This document shows, piece after piece, positions 10,242 through 20,688 of a DNA stretch of 64,000 nucleotides. The stretch comes from Candidatus Hydrogenedentales bacterium (GTDB taxonomy: Bacteria > Hydrogenedentota > Hydrogenedentia > Hydrogenedentales > SLHB01). Both the position numbers and the translations under genes were made by a program. The stretch lies in the NCBI GenBank assembly GCA_050950105.1, contig JBMNGZ010000001.1:236759-300758 (forward strand), given 5' to 3'. The notes beneath the pieces were generated by a model, which worked only from the letters and a program-made list of their open reading frames with translations, ran no database searches and was not told where the DNA came from. How positions within the stretch are numbered: the first letter of the stretch is position 1; every line of letters begins with the position of its first letter.

Positions 10242-12002
10242 TCACCTCGTAAGGAAGTCTGGCAAGCGGGGAATCTCGCCGGTCAGGGTGCGTGCGAGAA
10301 GCCGGGCCTGGACTTCGAGAACGCGCCGGTATGAAATGCGGTAATTGAAGACGGGATGGGTGACGAGGGCGTCCATTCGTTTTTCGTAGGCGAGGATGAA
10401 TTTGCGGCGCGCCTCGTCTTTGAGGGCGACGCCCTGGCCGCGGCGAATGAAATCGCCGGGGGCAACCACGCGATTGTTTACGGCCCAGAGGACGACAGAA
10501 TCCGGAATCAGCGGCCGGAATGGCTCCATCATGTCAAGGGCAAGGGCAGGACGTCCATATCTGGGCTGGTGGTAGAAGCCGAGGTAGGGGTCGAAACCCA
10601 CCGAGGCAAGGGTAATGGTCCAGTCTTTGGTTAATAAGGCATAGGCAAACGAAAGCATGGCGTTGACGGGATCGCGCGGAGGTCGACGGTTGCGGTGTTC
10701 AAAGGCAAAGGTGAACTGCGGCGCTTTGGCGGATTCGTCGGCTGCGGGGGCGGGCTTGAGGAGGGCGCCAAAAAAGGAAAAGTAGGTTTTGGCGGCCATG
10801 CCTTCGATCCCGAGGAGCGATTCGAGGGACGAGGCGGCGGCGGCCCGTTCCGCGGAAAGCTTGAGGGCTTCGAGCGCTTTACCGGGCGGGTCCGGGTGGT
10901 TGCGGCGCAACAAGGTTCGCCCATTCAGGATTTTCACCCGGATCAGGTCGCGGGCCAGTTCGAGACAAAAAGGCGGAGCGTCGGCGGCGCGGTATTGTGC
11001 GCGGCGCTGTTCCACGTTTTTGTGTCCCAAGCCGTGCGTCATCCCGTAGAACCATCCTCCGTGGGAAAAATAGAGCACGGGAATGTCCCGGGACAGGCAT
11101 TGCTGGAGCGCGGGTGTCGTCATCTGGGCGGCGCTGAACAGGCAGACCTGGGAGGTTTCCATGAGGCGGGCCTCCTGGACGATTTCCCGCCGCAACGACA
11201 CCACCAGCCGATCGCCGCGTTTGCCGACCACCGCCCCGTGTTTCTGCACATACAGGGGCAGGGCATCATCGCGGGCGGGCGTCAGCCGCCTCACCTGGTC
11301 CTCCCGGGCAGGCGCCGCGCCCGTCAACAACGCGTTGGTCTCATCCGGCAGGCAGATGGGCGCCAGCGAGCAGCGCGGGCACTTGGGGCTGGCATCCAGC
11401 GGCGGCGGGCGAACACCCGCTTTGGCCATGTCGCGCATCTGCTCCAACAGCTCGAGAGTGCGTGCGATCAGCGTTTCGTCGAACGGGATGGTCACGCGGC
11501 GTCGCGACTGTGCGAAATAAATCTCCCCGTGGACGCAGCTGTACCCGTTAGCGCGCAGGATGAGCCCTTGCGCACAGACCTGAACGCGTTCGGGTTCATA
11601 CGCGCCCTCGGGCAGATCCGGCGCGGCGCCGCGCTTCACGTCCACAGGGACCACAACCCCCGCGGTTTCCTCGACCATATCTATCCGCGCGATGAGACCC
11701 AGGCCCGGGTCCGACATCATCACCGAGCGCGCTTGCGTGAGCACCGGGTCGTCCACGGACGGCTCCGCGCTTTTTTCACCGTCTCCATCGGCTTCGCCGG
11801 CCGTGTCGTCATCCGGATCCGCCAGACTTCCCTGCTCACGGTCGACCCGCCGATGCTGATAGCGCCCATCCACCGTATCAGCACTGTCTGCAAACTCCGC
11901 CTCAACCCACTCAAGCCAACATAACCGCGGACAATAGGCATACTCGTTAAGCATCCGCGCCGGAATGAGGTCGGGGAGCTGCTGGATCTGCTTCTCCGGC
12001 AC
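10242..12002 (-). CDS. cas1: Cas4-Cas1 fusion protein (RecB-like Cas4 nuclease domain with Cys cluster fused to Cas1 integrase)
   Basis: 586 aa. N-terminus has Cas4-type cysteines (NEYAYCPRLCWLEW ... KCPRCSLAPIC). The C-terminal two-thirds is Cas1-like. Cas4-Cas1 fusion is a hallmark of type I-G (formerly I-U). Confidence 0.88.
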   Translation of the reverse strand: MPEKQIQQLPDLIPARMLNEYAYCPRLCWLEWVEAEFADSADTVDGRYQHRRVDREQGSLADPDDDTAGEADGDGEKSAEPSVDDPVLTQARSVMMSDPGLGLIARIDMVEETAGVVVPVDVKRGAAPDLPEGAYEPERVQVCAQGLILRANGYSCVHGEIYFAQSRRRVTIPFDETLIARTLELLEQMRDMAKAGVRPPPLDASPKCPRCSLAPICLPDETNALLTGAAPAREDQVRRLTPARDDALPLYVQKHGAVVGKRGDRLVVSLRREIVQEARLMETSQVCLFSAAQMTTPALQQCLSRDIPVLYFSHGGWFYGMTHGLGHKNVEQRRAQYRAADAPPFCLELARDLIRVKILNGRTLLRRNHPDPPGKALEALKLSAERAAAASSLESLLGIEGMAAKTYFSFFGALLKPAPAADESAKAPQFTFAFEHRNRRPPRDPVNAMLSFAYALLTKDWTITLASVGFDPYLGFYHQPRYGRPALALDMMEPFRPLIPDSVVLWAVNNRVVAPGDFIRRGQGVALKDEARRKFILAYEKRMDALVTHPVFNYRISYRRVLEVQARLLARTLTGEIPRLPDFLTR

Positions 12003-12008
12003 GACAGA

Positions 12009-13442
12009 TCACTTCTTCCCACAGACCGGGGCGAAGAGGCCGAGGCCACGATGCCGCCCCACGCCGAGAGCCAGTGGCCCCTGGATGGGATGTCTCCACG
12101 TCACTTCAGCGTGCATGGCGGAATAGCGCTCAAAATGCCGGGCCCGCTTGTATTCGCGGGGATGGTAGCCGTGACGTAGAAACGGCGCTTTCTGCAGACG
12201 GAGCCCCACGACGTCCTCTGCCGCGAAGCCGGCCTGCTGCACGGCCTTCATAAAGAGCTTTTCGGCCTTGGCGTAGTCGAGATCATCGAAGCCAGGCAAT
12301 ATCACGGGGGTGACGGTTCTGAACTGCCTGCTTTCATTCCTGTAGCGCCTGAATTGGGGGTCCGGTCCAGAATACATCAGTTCGGCAACTGGCCGGTCAT
12401 TTTGCTTAAGCAGGACACCCTGCAGCACCCGCCGGGCCCACTGAGCTTTCCGGCCGTCACCTCCATAGGGTTCGGCGACGGCGAATCGCCGGATCAGACC
12501 ATCGGCGTGTTCGTGGCCGATGCTGGGCAGGGGAAGGTACGAGAACCGGGCGGGGGTGTCCTTGACGCCCTGAGGCACATGCCCGGCGACGTATTCATCG
12601 GGGTTGCCCTCAAAACCCGCGCCGGGCGCCCGCGAGCAGCCGCATAGGGAATGGCGGACCCATGCGGAGATGTGCACCGCGTCGCGCGGGTCGAACGTGG
12701 CCATCCGTTGCGACTCGTCTCCCGGCCGCAGGAGGCTGAAAAAGGCGGCGGGGCGAAAGGCGCTCTTTTGCTTCACATTCGCGTACGTGGCCTGATCGAA
12801 GACCGTGGGCTTGCGCGGAGGCGTGTAGATGGAGCCTCTCCAGCAGTTCAGGGTAGTCTCGTAACATTGCTTCAGGTCCTCATAGGAACCTTCTCGTGGG
12901 ATCCGGAGGCTCTCGTTCCCGAATCGCGCAGGCACCCAACAATCGCCGCCGTGTTCGGCTTTGAGCGCGGCGGTTTCGGCATCGGAGAGCATCCGGCCGT
13001 TTCCCACGACGAGATCGATGCCGAGCCCAAGCGCATGGAGCATGCGCGCATACGCCATGGCCTGCCGGGCTTCTTCCTGGTCCGCACTGACATGCTCCCA
13101 CAAATAATGCACGGATGAGCCGGCATCCCGCAGGAGCATCGGAGTGAAGGTCTTGGACGTCAGGCGCTTTTGACGATCAAGCTGCGCGTCTGACTGGTTG
13201 TTGGGCACAAAAGCCGTACAAGCCTGTCCCCTCCTCGTCTGAGGGGCCAGGATCGCGGGTGGTGGGAGCTTTTCGAGGAACCGGAAACAGTCCGGCATTT
13301 CAACGTGGTTTCCGGCCGCGGAGGCAAGCAAGGCCTGGAACAGCCGCCAGGGGGAAGGCGGCCATTCCGGCGCGTCTTTCTTACTTCCGTGAAAACGACC
13401 ATCCAGGAACGTCACAGTGATGCACAGCGTTGCCATGGTCAC
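12009..13442 (-). CDS. csb2: Csb2-family protein (type I-G Cas5-Cas6 fusion)
   Basis: 477 aa. N-terminus ITVTFLDGRFHGSKKDAPEWPPSPWRLFQALL matches the GSU0054/Csb2 family signature (GRYHG..EWPPSP.RLFQAL). Position is immediately upstream of cas4-cas1. Confidence 0.7.
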   Translation of the reverse strand: MTMATLCITVTFLDGRFHGSKKDAPEWPPSPWRLFQALLASAAGNHVEMPDCFRFLEKLPPPAILAPQTRRGQACTAFVPNNQSDAQLDRQKRLTSKTFTPMLLRDAGSSVHYLWEHVSADQEEARQAMAYARMLHALGLGIDLVVGNGRMLSDAETAALKAEHGGDCWVPARFGNESLRIPREGSYEDLKQCYETTLNCWRGSIYTPPRKPTVFDQATYANVKQKSAFRPAAFFSLLRPGDESQRMATFDPRDAVHISAWVRHSLCGCSRAPGAGFEGNPDEYVAGHVPQGVKDTPARFSYLPLPSIGHEHADGLIRRFAVAEPYGGDGRKAQWARRVLQGVLLKQNDRPVAELMYSGPDPQFRRYRNESRQFRTVTPVILPGFDDLDYAKAEKLFMKAVQQAGFAAEDVVGLRLQKAPFLRHGYHPREYKRARHFERYSAMHAEVTWRHPIQGPLALGVGRHRGLGLFAPVCGKK

Positions 13443-14497
13443 TTGCCTTTCTTGGTGGTATTTTTCTTTTTCTTGGCTTCCTCGAGCGCCTTTTTGGCGA
13501 CTGCCGGATCGAACGTTGTAAGCAGGGATTCACCCACGCCAAACTCCTTCGAAGAATCACGTGCAAATGCCAGGGCGTCCTCGTGCGTCACGGTAAAACT
13601 GGCCCGGGTGCCGTCATTGCCGACGACTTCCCACGTGGCCGGGTTCTCGGGGTCGGGCGTAAGCTCGCACCCCATACGGAGAAAGGTGTCCTGCGGCGCG
13701 GTGAACGCGACAAGCGACAGACCAAGGACATACGCGCGCAATTTGGCGGTCTCCTCTTCACTTTCCCCCACGAGACGGCGTAATGCGGACAGGCTCAGCA
13801 CGCTTTCGCGAAGAAGTTGGCTGTGGCCGTCAAGCAGGACTCCCCCCAAGGCGGCCGGGGCGGGAACGTGAGCCAGGCCAATTTCAGGGAGCAGTTTTTC
13901 CTCTCGATCCGCAAGGCTATCGAAGGCGTCCGCAGAATTCTCAAGAGCTGGAATGAACTGTGCGGACCGGGTAAGGGGGTGCACATTGAGGGCTCGAACG
14001 GTCGAGCGCACGATTCGCGGCATTTTGATGCCGGTGTCTCTGGAGTCCCAGCAACCGAAGACCAAGGAGGTGGGAGCGAGTTTCGCCAGAGGCACCGCGT
14101 TGCCTTTCCCCGCCGCACGGAACGCGTCCCTGATCTCTCCAGCCATATCCGAGAACCGGACTGCAGCGTCCGCGATGCGGTGCCCGGCGTCCAGGATGTC
14201 CACGGTCTCGTCCGTGTCGTTTTTCATCTTCACGGTGACCGTGATATGCGGAATGAGCTTTGCGTAGGGATCCAACTTGAAGATGGGTTCCATGCGGTTG
14301 GCTTGTGAACCGACACTGTCCATGAGGCACACGTTTTTTGCCTCGCGGCCGTCGGCATCCTTTAATTGGTCAATGTTGTAGCCAAGCTCGGCGAAGGTTG
14401 GTGGAAAGACCACCGCATGGTCACCTTCGACCGGCTTGAGGTGTTGCCGCATAACGATAGCGGCGTTTTTCGCGTCGAGAAGAGATTTGATTTCCAT
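13439..14497 (-). CDS. Cas7 backbone subunit (Csb1-like, type I-G)
   Basis: The longest ORF, from 14728, would overlap the upstream gene by 230 nt; the start at MEIKSLLDAKN (14495-14497) abuts the upstream stop. ~352 aa, between the cas8-slot gene and csb2 as expected for Csb1/Cas7. Confidence 0.6.
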   Translation of the reverse strand: MEIKSLLDAKNAAIVMRQHLKPVEGDHAVVFPPTFAELGYNIDQLKDADGREAKNVCLMDSVGSQANRMEPIFKLDPYAKLIPHITVTVKMKNDTDETVDILDAGHRIADAAVRFSDMAGEIRDAFRAAGKGNAVPLAKLAPTSLVFGCWDSRDTGIKMPRIVRSTVRALNVHPLTRSAQFIPALENSADAFDSLADREEKLLPEIGLAHVPAPAALGGVLLDGHSQLLRESVLSLSALRRLVGESEEETAKLRAYVLGLSLVAFTAPQDTFLRMGCELTPDPENPATWEVVGNDGTRASFTVTHEDALAFARDSSKEFGVGESLLTTFDPAVAKKALEEAKKKKNTTKKGK

Positions 14498-14498
14498 C

Positions 14499-15296
14499 TT
14501 AGAGGCTCCTTTTATGTTGTATTGCATGGGCAACGTCGAATGCCTTGCTCGGGTTACTGTCCGAACCTGCGTTATAGATGCGAAATTCGTACGGTTTTTG
14601 CACGAGGGAATCCTGAGGGATGGAAACAGCCACCGCCGCCAGCGCAACTGGCAGCGGGTCTTGCCATGGGTAGTAGATGAACGGTTTATTCCGGCCCTTG
14701 CTGCTCGGACAGAATCGCTGCAATCCAATCAGCGACAACAACTCCGTGGCCACATGAATGGAAAATTTCTTCCCGCTCGGGGGAAGGAGGTTATAGGAGA
14801 ACCCAGCGTCCAGGGCGTTCCTCGCGTGGCTGGGATCAAATCTTGTCGCCTTCTGTTTCATGGCGACAGCCGACTCGAAAATGCCGGCATCAAAGGTCTT
14901 GGGTAAATGGTCGAACAAGCGTCTTACAAGATCGATGAACACTGATTTACCCGTGAGCGCCCACGCTTTCACAAGACTGTTTTGTGGGAACGGTGTGCGC
15001 CAGTCGAGTCTCAATTCGAAGGGGGAGCCAATTTGGAGCGGCCCGTCTTTATTTGCCCCTTCCGTTAACCGGCAAGAGCCTAGCGCATCCCGGATGAGGC
15101 CAAGCGTGACTTCTTGGCCGGTATCGAGGTGGGCCTCTATGCAAAAGAGGGTGCGGCATGTGTAAACGTTGTCAAACCATCCCAAGGCGGGTTTATCGCT
15201 GGGAGTCAAGCGGTGGGCGAGTTCGAAGAGCCCGCAGCAGCCGAAGACCTGGCCGGGATTGCAGAGATTGACGTTGACGGAAAGGGTTGGGTTCAT
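14499..15296 (-). CDS. 265-aa hypothetical protein in the position normally held by the ~700-aa Cas8u2/Csx17 large subunit
   Basis: ORF is tightly packed between cas3 (stop 15293) and cas7 (start 14497). No recognisable motifs. See findings. Confidence 0.55.
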   Translation of the reverse strand: MNPTLSVNVNLCNPGQVFGCCGLFELAHRLTPSDKPALGWFDNVYTCRTLFCIEAHLDTGQEVTLGLIRDALGSCRLTEGANKDGPLQIGSPFELRLDWRTPFPQNSLVKAWALTGKSVFIDLVRRLFDHLPKTFDAGIFESAVAMKQKATRFDPSHARNALDAGFSYNLLPPSGKKFSIHVATELLSLIGLQRFCPSSKGRNKPFIYYPWQDPLPVALAAVAVSIPQDSLVQKPYEFRIYNAGSDSNPSKAFDVAHAIQHKRSL

Positions 15297-18046
15297 GATT
15301 CGTCCTCCTCGAGGCTCTGGGCCTGGGCGGTTTCAGAGGCCATGGCGTCGGCGCGCCGGAGCAGGGATTCGAGCCAGGCGAGCCCCCACCATCCGAAACG
15401 GCGTTGAAGCCGGTCGTAGCGCAGCATGCTTTCCATGGTGAGGCGCTGCGCGGTGTTCGGGGGCGCCTCGACCGCAAACGCCTCGGCTTTGAAACCGGGG
15501 CGCGCCCAACCGTGATGCGTGGCGATGAGGTGGAGGATAAGGTCTTTTTCGGGGTGGGCGAGGATCGAGTCTTCAGTGGAGGCTGAAATGAGCGAGCCCG
15601 CTTCATGACGGTACCCATCGAGCTTGCGCCAGTCGACGGCGCCTTTGGCCAGGGGCTCGGCGGAATCAGACGGCTCGTGCCCGGCCGCGCGTTGCCATCG
15701 TGGCGCGGCCTTGCCATCATCATGGTGTCTGGCCGCGCGTTCGAGGGCCTCGATGATCGATGCAGGAAGACCAAACGTTTCTCCGAGCTTCTTTGCGATG
15801 CACTCGACCTTGCCGTTGTGTTCGTCAATCGTCTGCGGTGATTCCGCGGAGGCGGAGGCCCGGGTTTGCCGCGGGCTCAACAGCAGGAGCCATTGTTCTT
15901 CCTGCTCGTCTTCGTCCGCGGATTCGTCGGCTTTTTTCACCATAAGCCTTCGAACAGTCTTGAGCTGAGTTTTTTGCTCGATCTGTCTAATGGAAGCAGA
16001 AGGCCGCTCCCATGGCAGGTCGGCCGTGGCGGGTTCGTCCGAACCGTTCAGCAGGGAGTACGACCATGCCAAGCCGGTGCGCGCAAGCAGACAGCGGCAC
16101 ATTTTGGGGTCTGCGACGTCTTTTGCCGCCGCTGCCGCGCGTGGGTCGAAAAACCCCGCTTCCGTAAGCCCACCAAGAGCCGCGGGGAAGATGATGGTGG
16201 CGTAATTGAGCGAGTAGGCCCCGGGGCGGTCTATGAGGTCACCCAGGGTAGTTAAGCGGATCTCTCTGCGGCCAGAGATGATGATGACAGGGCTCTCGCG
16301 CCGGTCATCTGAAAATGCGCTGAGCAGGACGCTCTTTCCACCCTTGCCGGTTTTCGTAATGGTATGCGTGGGCAATTGGAGACGTTCCGAGGCCAGTATC
16401 GGATGTGCGTTGAACCAACCCGCAATATCCTCCTTGGTCGCTTCGCCAAAATATTGAATCTCCTTGCGCCATGCGATGAACGTATGGGGATAGTTTTTCT
16501 GCAAGCCGTGCAGCCAGGCCTCGGGCTCGGGCCGTGCCGTAAGATGATCGAGCGAGGTCTGTGCCCACAGATCCAGGAGAATGGGCGTGACGTCTACCAT
16601 CTCGGGGAGCGCAGTGAAGGCCTCCCTCGTCTCAGGGGCCCGCAGTCTTTGTTTCAGTGTCGCAAGACTGACATCCGCACCGGCCTCTGTCTCGCCACCC
16701 CACTCTGTCAGAAGCTCAAGCGTCCTGCCGAGTATTTCCACCGAATCCCCCGCGCTTTTCTGCAGCTGCCCGGGGTGCACAACGTCCACTCTGGCATCTC
16801 CTTGCCCAAAACGGTTGACCCTCCCTAGCCGCTGGATCATCGAATCCAGCGTAGAGAGGTCGCTTACCATGTGATCCGCGTGCAGGTCCATGCCGACTTC
16901 GGCGGCGGAGGTGGCGACCAGGTAGACCGTTTCATGCAGTGACTCTTTGCCCAGAAATGGCTGCATGCCCGGGCGCTCCAAGAGTCCGTCGCGTTCGTAG
17001 CCGCGGATCTGGCCGGTGAGGAGGGTGACGCGGACTGAAGCCTTGCTCGCGAACTCTTTCCTTTTCGCAGAAGGAAGCTTTGTGCTCGGGTATTGAGCTT
17101 CCCAATCGGCCTGTGCTTTCGAAGCGAGTTTTTCACTAATCCAAGCTGCTATTTTCTGTGCGGTTTCTGGTTCGCGCACAAACACCACAATGCGGCAAGC
17201 ACTGGAGTCATGCGCGGTTGCCAAGTCAACAATCCGGGCGCGGAGAGGATCTTTGTCGTTATCTACCCTGTGCAAGTGAAGAGTCTTGCGGGCCCCGAGG
17301 CGCTTCTGGATGGTGGAGTGGGCCTCGTCCTGGCCGGAAAGCTCAAAGACAGACACGTTCGCATCCGATGCCTTCGTATGTGTTGCCGACAATTCCAACA
17401 CATGGAATTTCGGAACGCAGTCGTGGTCTTCACTTCGAAATGCCTGCACGCTGCGCAGCAACTTACCAAAAGCCGGTGTCAGGTGCGCTTCGTCATGAAC
17501 AAATAGACAATCGCATCCTAGAAACCCGGCATGGAGGGGGCGGGTTCGACGGCTGTCCCCGTATCCAGAGAAGAGCAGCTTCGATCCGATCATGTCGACC
17601 GTTCCAATGATGATCGCAGGTTTGGTCGGGTTTGTTTTCCATTCCTGGTTGTCTGCCATTTCGCCACGCAACGTACTGATGGCCAAAGGGGTGGTTCCCG
17701 GACTTGAGAAGGGATCTTTGAAGCGCAGGTTCTGGGCCAGCTCATTGAGCGGATCACTCGAGTCATTGAGCGCTTTTGAAACGGCATCGCGTATATCGCA
17801 GGCGACGTCGGTCGCCTGGTCGACAATGGTGCGGCGGTTCACCACATAGGCCAAACGTCTCGGTAGTGGGGAATTCTTGCCAAGAGCCAGCAACCAGAGC
17901 GCGATAACACTTGTCTTCCCTAGCCCTGTGGGTATGTCGCAAACTTCCGGGATGTTTCCCTCAACAAAACGCTCGAACAGGCAACGTTGCCAGGGGAAAG
18001 AGCTTGATTTCTTCGTCAGCTCGCGAAATGCCGCTTCAAAGTTCAT
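15293..18046 (-). CDS. cas3: Cas3 helicase-nuclease with C-terminal HD domain (type I-G architecture)
   Basis: 917 aa. Walker A DIPTGLGKTSV and DEAH-like FVHDEAHL near the N-terminus. HD-type motifs RAARHHDDGK and ILHLIATHHGWARP sit at the C-terminus; the C-terminal HD placement is characteristic of I-G/I-U Cas3. Confidence 0.88.
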   Translation of the reverse strand: MNFEAAFRELTKKSSSFPWQRCLFERFVEGNIPEVCDIPTGLGKTSVIALWLLALGKNSPLPRRLAYVVNRRTIVDQATDVACDIRDAVSKALNDSSDPLNELAQNLRFKDPFSSPGTTPLAISTLRGEMADNQEWKTNPTKPAIIIGTVDMIGSKLLFSGYGDSRRTRPLHAGFLGCDCLFVHDEAHLTPAFGKLLRSVQAFRSEDHDCVPKFHVLELSATHTKASDANVSVFELSGQDEAHSTIQKRLGARKTLHLHRVDNDKDPLRARIVDLATAHDSSACRIVVFVREPETAQKIAAWISEKLASKAQADWEAQYPSTKLPSAKRKEFASKASVRVTLLTGQIRGYERDGLLERPGMQPFLGKESLHETVYLVATSAAEVGMDLHADHMVSDLSTLDSMIQRLGRVNRFGQGDARVDVVHPGQLQKSAGDSVEILGRTLELLTEWGGETEAGADVSLATLKQRLRAPETREAFTALPEMVDVTPILLDLWAQTSLDHLTARPEPEAWLHGLQKNYPHTFIAWRKEIQYFGEATKEDIAGWFNAHPILASERLQLPTHTITKTGKGGKSVLLSAFSDDRRESPVIIISGRREIRLTTLGDLIDRPGAYSLNYATIIFPAALGGLTEAGFFDPRAAAAAKDVADPKMCRCLLARTGLAWSYSLLNGSDEPATADLPWERPSASIRQIEQKTQLKTVRRLMVKKADESADEDEQEEQWLLLLSPRQTRASASAESPQTIDEHNGKVECIAKKLGETFGLPASIIEALERAARHHDDGKAAPRWQRAAGHEPSDSAEPLAKGAVDWRKLDGYRHEAGSLISASTEDSILAHPEKDLILHLIATHHGWARPGFKAEAFAVEAPPNTAQRLTMESMLRYDRLQRRFGWWGLAWLESLLRRADAMASETAQAQSLEEDES

Positions 18047-18479
18047 GGGTACACTCCCTCGAGTTTTTTACCGGCGGCCCCCCCGCCTTAGCGTGAAACG
18101 TCAGTGTGAATAGAATGTCATGTCTGCGAATACCTCTTCACTATGTCATTCAGCCGTCGCGCCCGCATCTGCAGAACTACTCTTGTGTCTAGCACAATCC
18201 ATCGAGACGAAGCAATCTGCGTGCTGGACTCACTTCTCGGCATTGCGGGCGCTTTGGGAGTTCCTGCGGCGATGCGCGCCCGCAAGTTGCTTGTAATGTA
18301 GCAGCTTTTGTGCCAACCCTCGCGTGCGATGAAACCGTCCGCTTTTCCGGCCATATGGCGCGCCCAGCAGTCACCAGGGCAACGTTGCGCTGCTCGATTA
18401 TTGACGAGTGCGCGCAAAACCTGAGTGGAGCGCTCAAGCCCTGGCGAACGCGTGGCGCCTGCCCCTATAACCGGAAGGC

Positions 18480-19095
18480 GAACGCCCGGGGATCGGCGGA
18501 TGCGTGGGGATGGGCGCCCGCATAATCCGGATGGGCAGACACAGGGGTCTGCCCCTACATTCCGGAACGCAGCCGCGCAGGGCTGCCCAGATTTATCCAG
18601 GCCTCCACAGCCGCAGGGGCTATCCGGATGGGCAGACACAGGGGTCTGCCCCTACATTCCGGAACGCTACGCGTCCGGGCTGCCCAGATCCATTCAGGTT
18701 TCCGGCAGAGCGCGACGGCTATCCCGACCATCCAGGCTTTCGCAGCGCGCCGGCGTTGCCCGTGTAATCCGGCCGGCCACCACGCGGGGCTGATTTCCGC
18801 AGCGCGTAGGGGCAGACCCCTGTGTCTGCCCTTCTTAAACGCAGCCGCGTCGGGCTGAGCGGATGCGTGGGGGCTATCCGGAGGCACGGCCACGGGAGGC
18901 CGCCCCTGCTCCGAGCCCCATACTCGCGGCAGCCTTCGGCGACCGGCTTCCCGCCGTCCGCCTCCTGAAAAATTCGTACTTTCTGCTCTTCGCTGTGAGC
19001 GATTTCCCCTCAACTGAAAACCCTCTCGGATCCATAGCCTGCGATTTCTCTCACTCGAACTGTACAGTTTTCGGGGAACCGGCCCGGACGGTAGA
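18480..19095. repeat. Cluster of REP/MITE-like elements: tandem ~95-bp units built on the palindrome GGGCAGACACAGGGGTCTGCCC, plus copy A (~18868-19085) of a ~215-bp direct repeat
   Basis: Hairpin motif seen at ~18533, 18628, 18806 (inverted), 23916 and 29128. The 215-bp block GGGGCTATCCGGAGGCACGGCC...CGAACTGTACAGTTTTCGGGGAAC recurs at 23984-24198 in the same orientation at ~90% identity. Confidence 0.75.
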
Positions 19096-19365
19096 CAATA
19101 AAAAAGCCCCTCAAAACAGCGATTTCCTCGGGTCGAAGCCGCAATGCATGAGTCTTGAGCCCGGCTTCGTGGGCCACTGAACAAATGTCACGTATGGACG
19201 CTGGGTAGGTGCGAAATGATTTCTGTACCTGCTCAACCGACAAATCCTCGAGATGCGCCTTGGCTGCTATGTAGAGTGCATTTGCAGCACAACAAGAATC
19301 CGTGTCAGAAACCGCAGTTGTTTGCGATGCGCTACAACAAGCGGCAAGTAAGCAAGAGAGCATCG

Positions 19366-20688
19366 TTAGCCACGCCTTTTCTTTCGCGCGTGATGGCGCC
19401 GGATCCTGGCGGTGATGCCGGCTGTGAAAAGGAGACTACAGCAAACGATCACGAGCACCGCAAAACGCTTTGGGCCATTGCCGTCTGCGTCAACGCCACT
19501 CTCAAGCGGCAGAGTATCTCGCTGCTGGGAGGCATCATCGATAAACTCATTCAAGGTCGCATCTGCCTGAACCGACTCGAGGGACGATGCCGCATCGCGT
19601 AGTGATTCGTCGGCCGGCCGCGAGGGATCGTGCATGTATTGAGTGTCTATAATCCTGTCGTCAATTAGCATCTTTTCGCTGCGTTCGATCCGAAAGCACT
19701 CTTCCGGAATAGGAACATTGACCTCAAATCTACTCGCCTTCACCTTTAGGGTCTCTTTCTGAAGGCTGCCCGAAGGCTCAACCGTCGTTGTCTCGTGCGT
19801 GATGCTTGTTGGCAGATATCTGCCGTTAGCTACCTCCTTGGCCTCCTGGACCGTGTAAATCGATGTCAAGGTCAAGTTAGTCTCTTCCACAACATACCGT
19901 GTGTAGACCGGCAACAGGCCTCGCTCTGTGTCCAGATGCACCTCGAGGGTGATCAACGGGATCGTGTGGTGCGTGACCGAAATCACGGCCAGGCGTGTAG
20001 AGCCGTCCTCAATATCGCGCAGTCGTTTGATCTCGGGATTGTCGGGAGAGAGGCCCGTATACTTCTCGCCCACGATCAGGGGGAAAAAGAAATCCGTCAC
20101 CCCTTTGAAAGGCCGCTCCCATTGTGCATCCTCTCGAGCGGCATCCACTGCCAGTTCAGGAACTGCCCCCTCCCGCGTACTAAGCTGCAGTGATGTGCCC
20201 TTGTGCAGCACGGTCTTGACCGCCTACCGCGGGCCATTGTTGACTGAAACGGCCTGCTCCAGCATCCAAGCTTCCCCGTCTCGCCGGAAAACACAGTCCT
20301 CAAGGCCTGTCAACGTTTCCACCAATTCTGCATCACTGCTATCTGCTTTCTGAACGGTAAGCACCGTTCGATAGTCAATTGCAGTAGTCGCGAAATCCCG
20401 CGAATTCGCTAATGCTTCGGCGACGAGTTCCTGGGCCGAAGATGCATGGTCCGCGTAGGCGCAGCCCGCCACAAGAACAATGCTAATCGCAACCGACCAG
20501 TGGGCATGCCCTGTTTTGACGGACAGGCAGGGGTAGATAGAATGGAGCAAGGAGACGCGACATGGCGGTCTTGGATCGCATCTCTTCCTGCCATGTTGAC
20601 TGCCAGGAATCATGGGTTTCCCGTCATTTTTTTCTAGAATTGAGGTAGAAACGCACAGCAACAAGCGCTCCCGCACCAACAAGAGCAA
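19366..20688 (-). pseudogene. LolA-like secreted lipoprotein paralog split by a frameshift near 20211-20224 (ORFs 20224..20688 and 19366..20211)
   Basis: The upstream piece has a lipobox-like signal (SIVLVAGCAYAD). The downstream piece ends in a C-terminal TM helix plus basic tail (FAVLVIVCCSLLFTAGITARIRRHHARKKRRG). Combined length of ~435 aa matches the neighbouring 370- and 404-aa paralogs. Confidence 0.5.

Noticed and set aside
10695-11924. 409-aa plus-strand ORF, rich in Gly/Arg/Ala
   Set aside because: Antisense to cas4-cas1 in GC-rich DNA; the amino-acid composition is typical of a spurious antisense ORF.
18118-19184. ORFs 18118..18639, 18425..18793, 18555..19184 and similar at 23817..24294
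   Set aside because: They run through the REP-like palindromic repeat elements; the translations are repeated because the DNA is, not because they are proteins.
19010-19363. 117-aa minus-strand ORF with a Cys-rich N-terminus that faintly resembles a C39-like peptidase start
   Set aside because: The C-terminal third is encoded by the repeat element (FPENCTVRVREIAGY also occurs at ~24150), and the similarity is too weak to call; at best a gene fragment.
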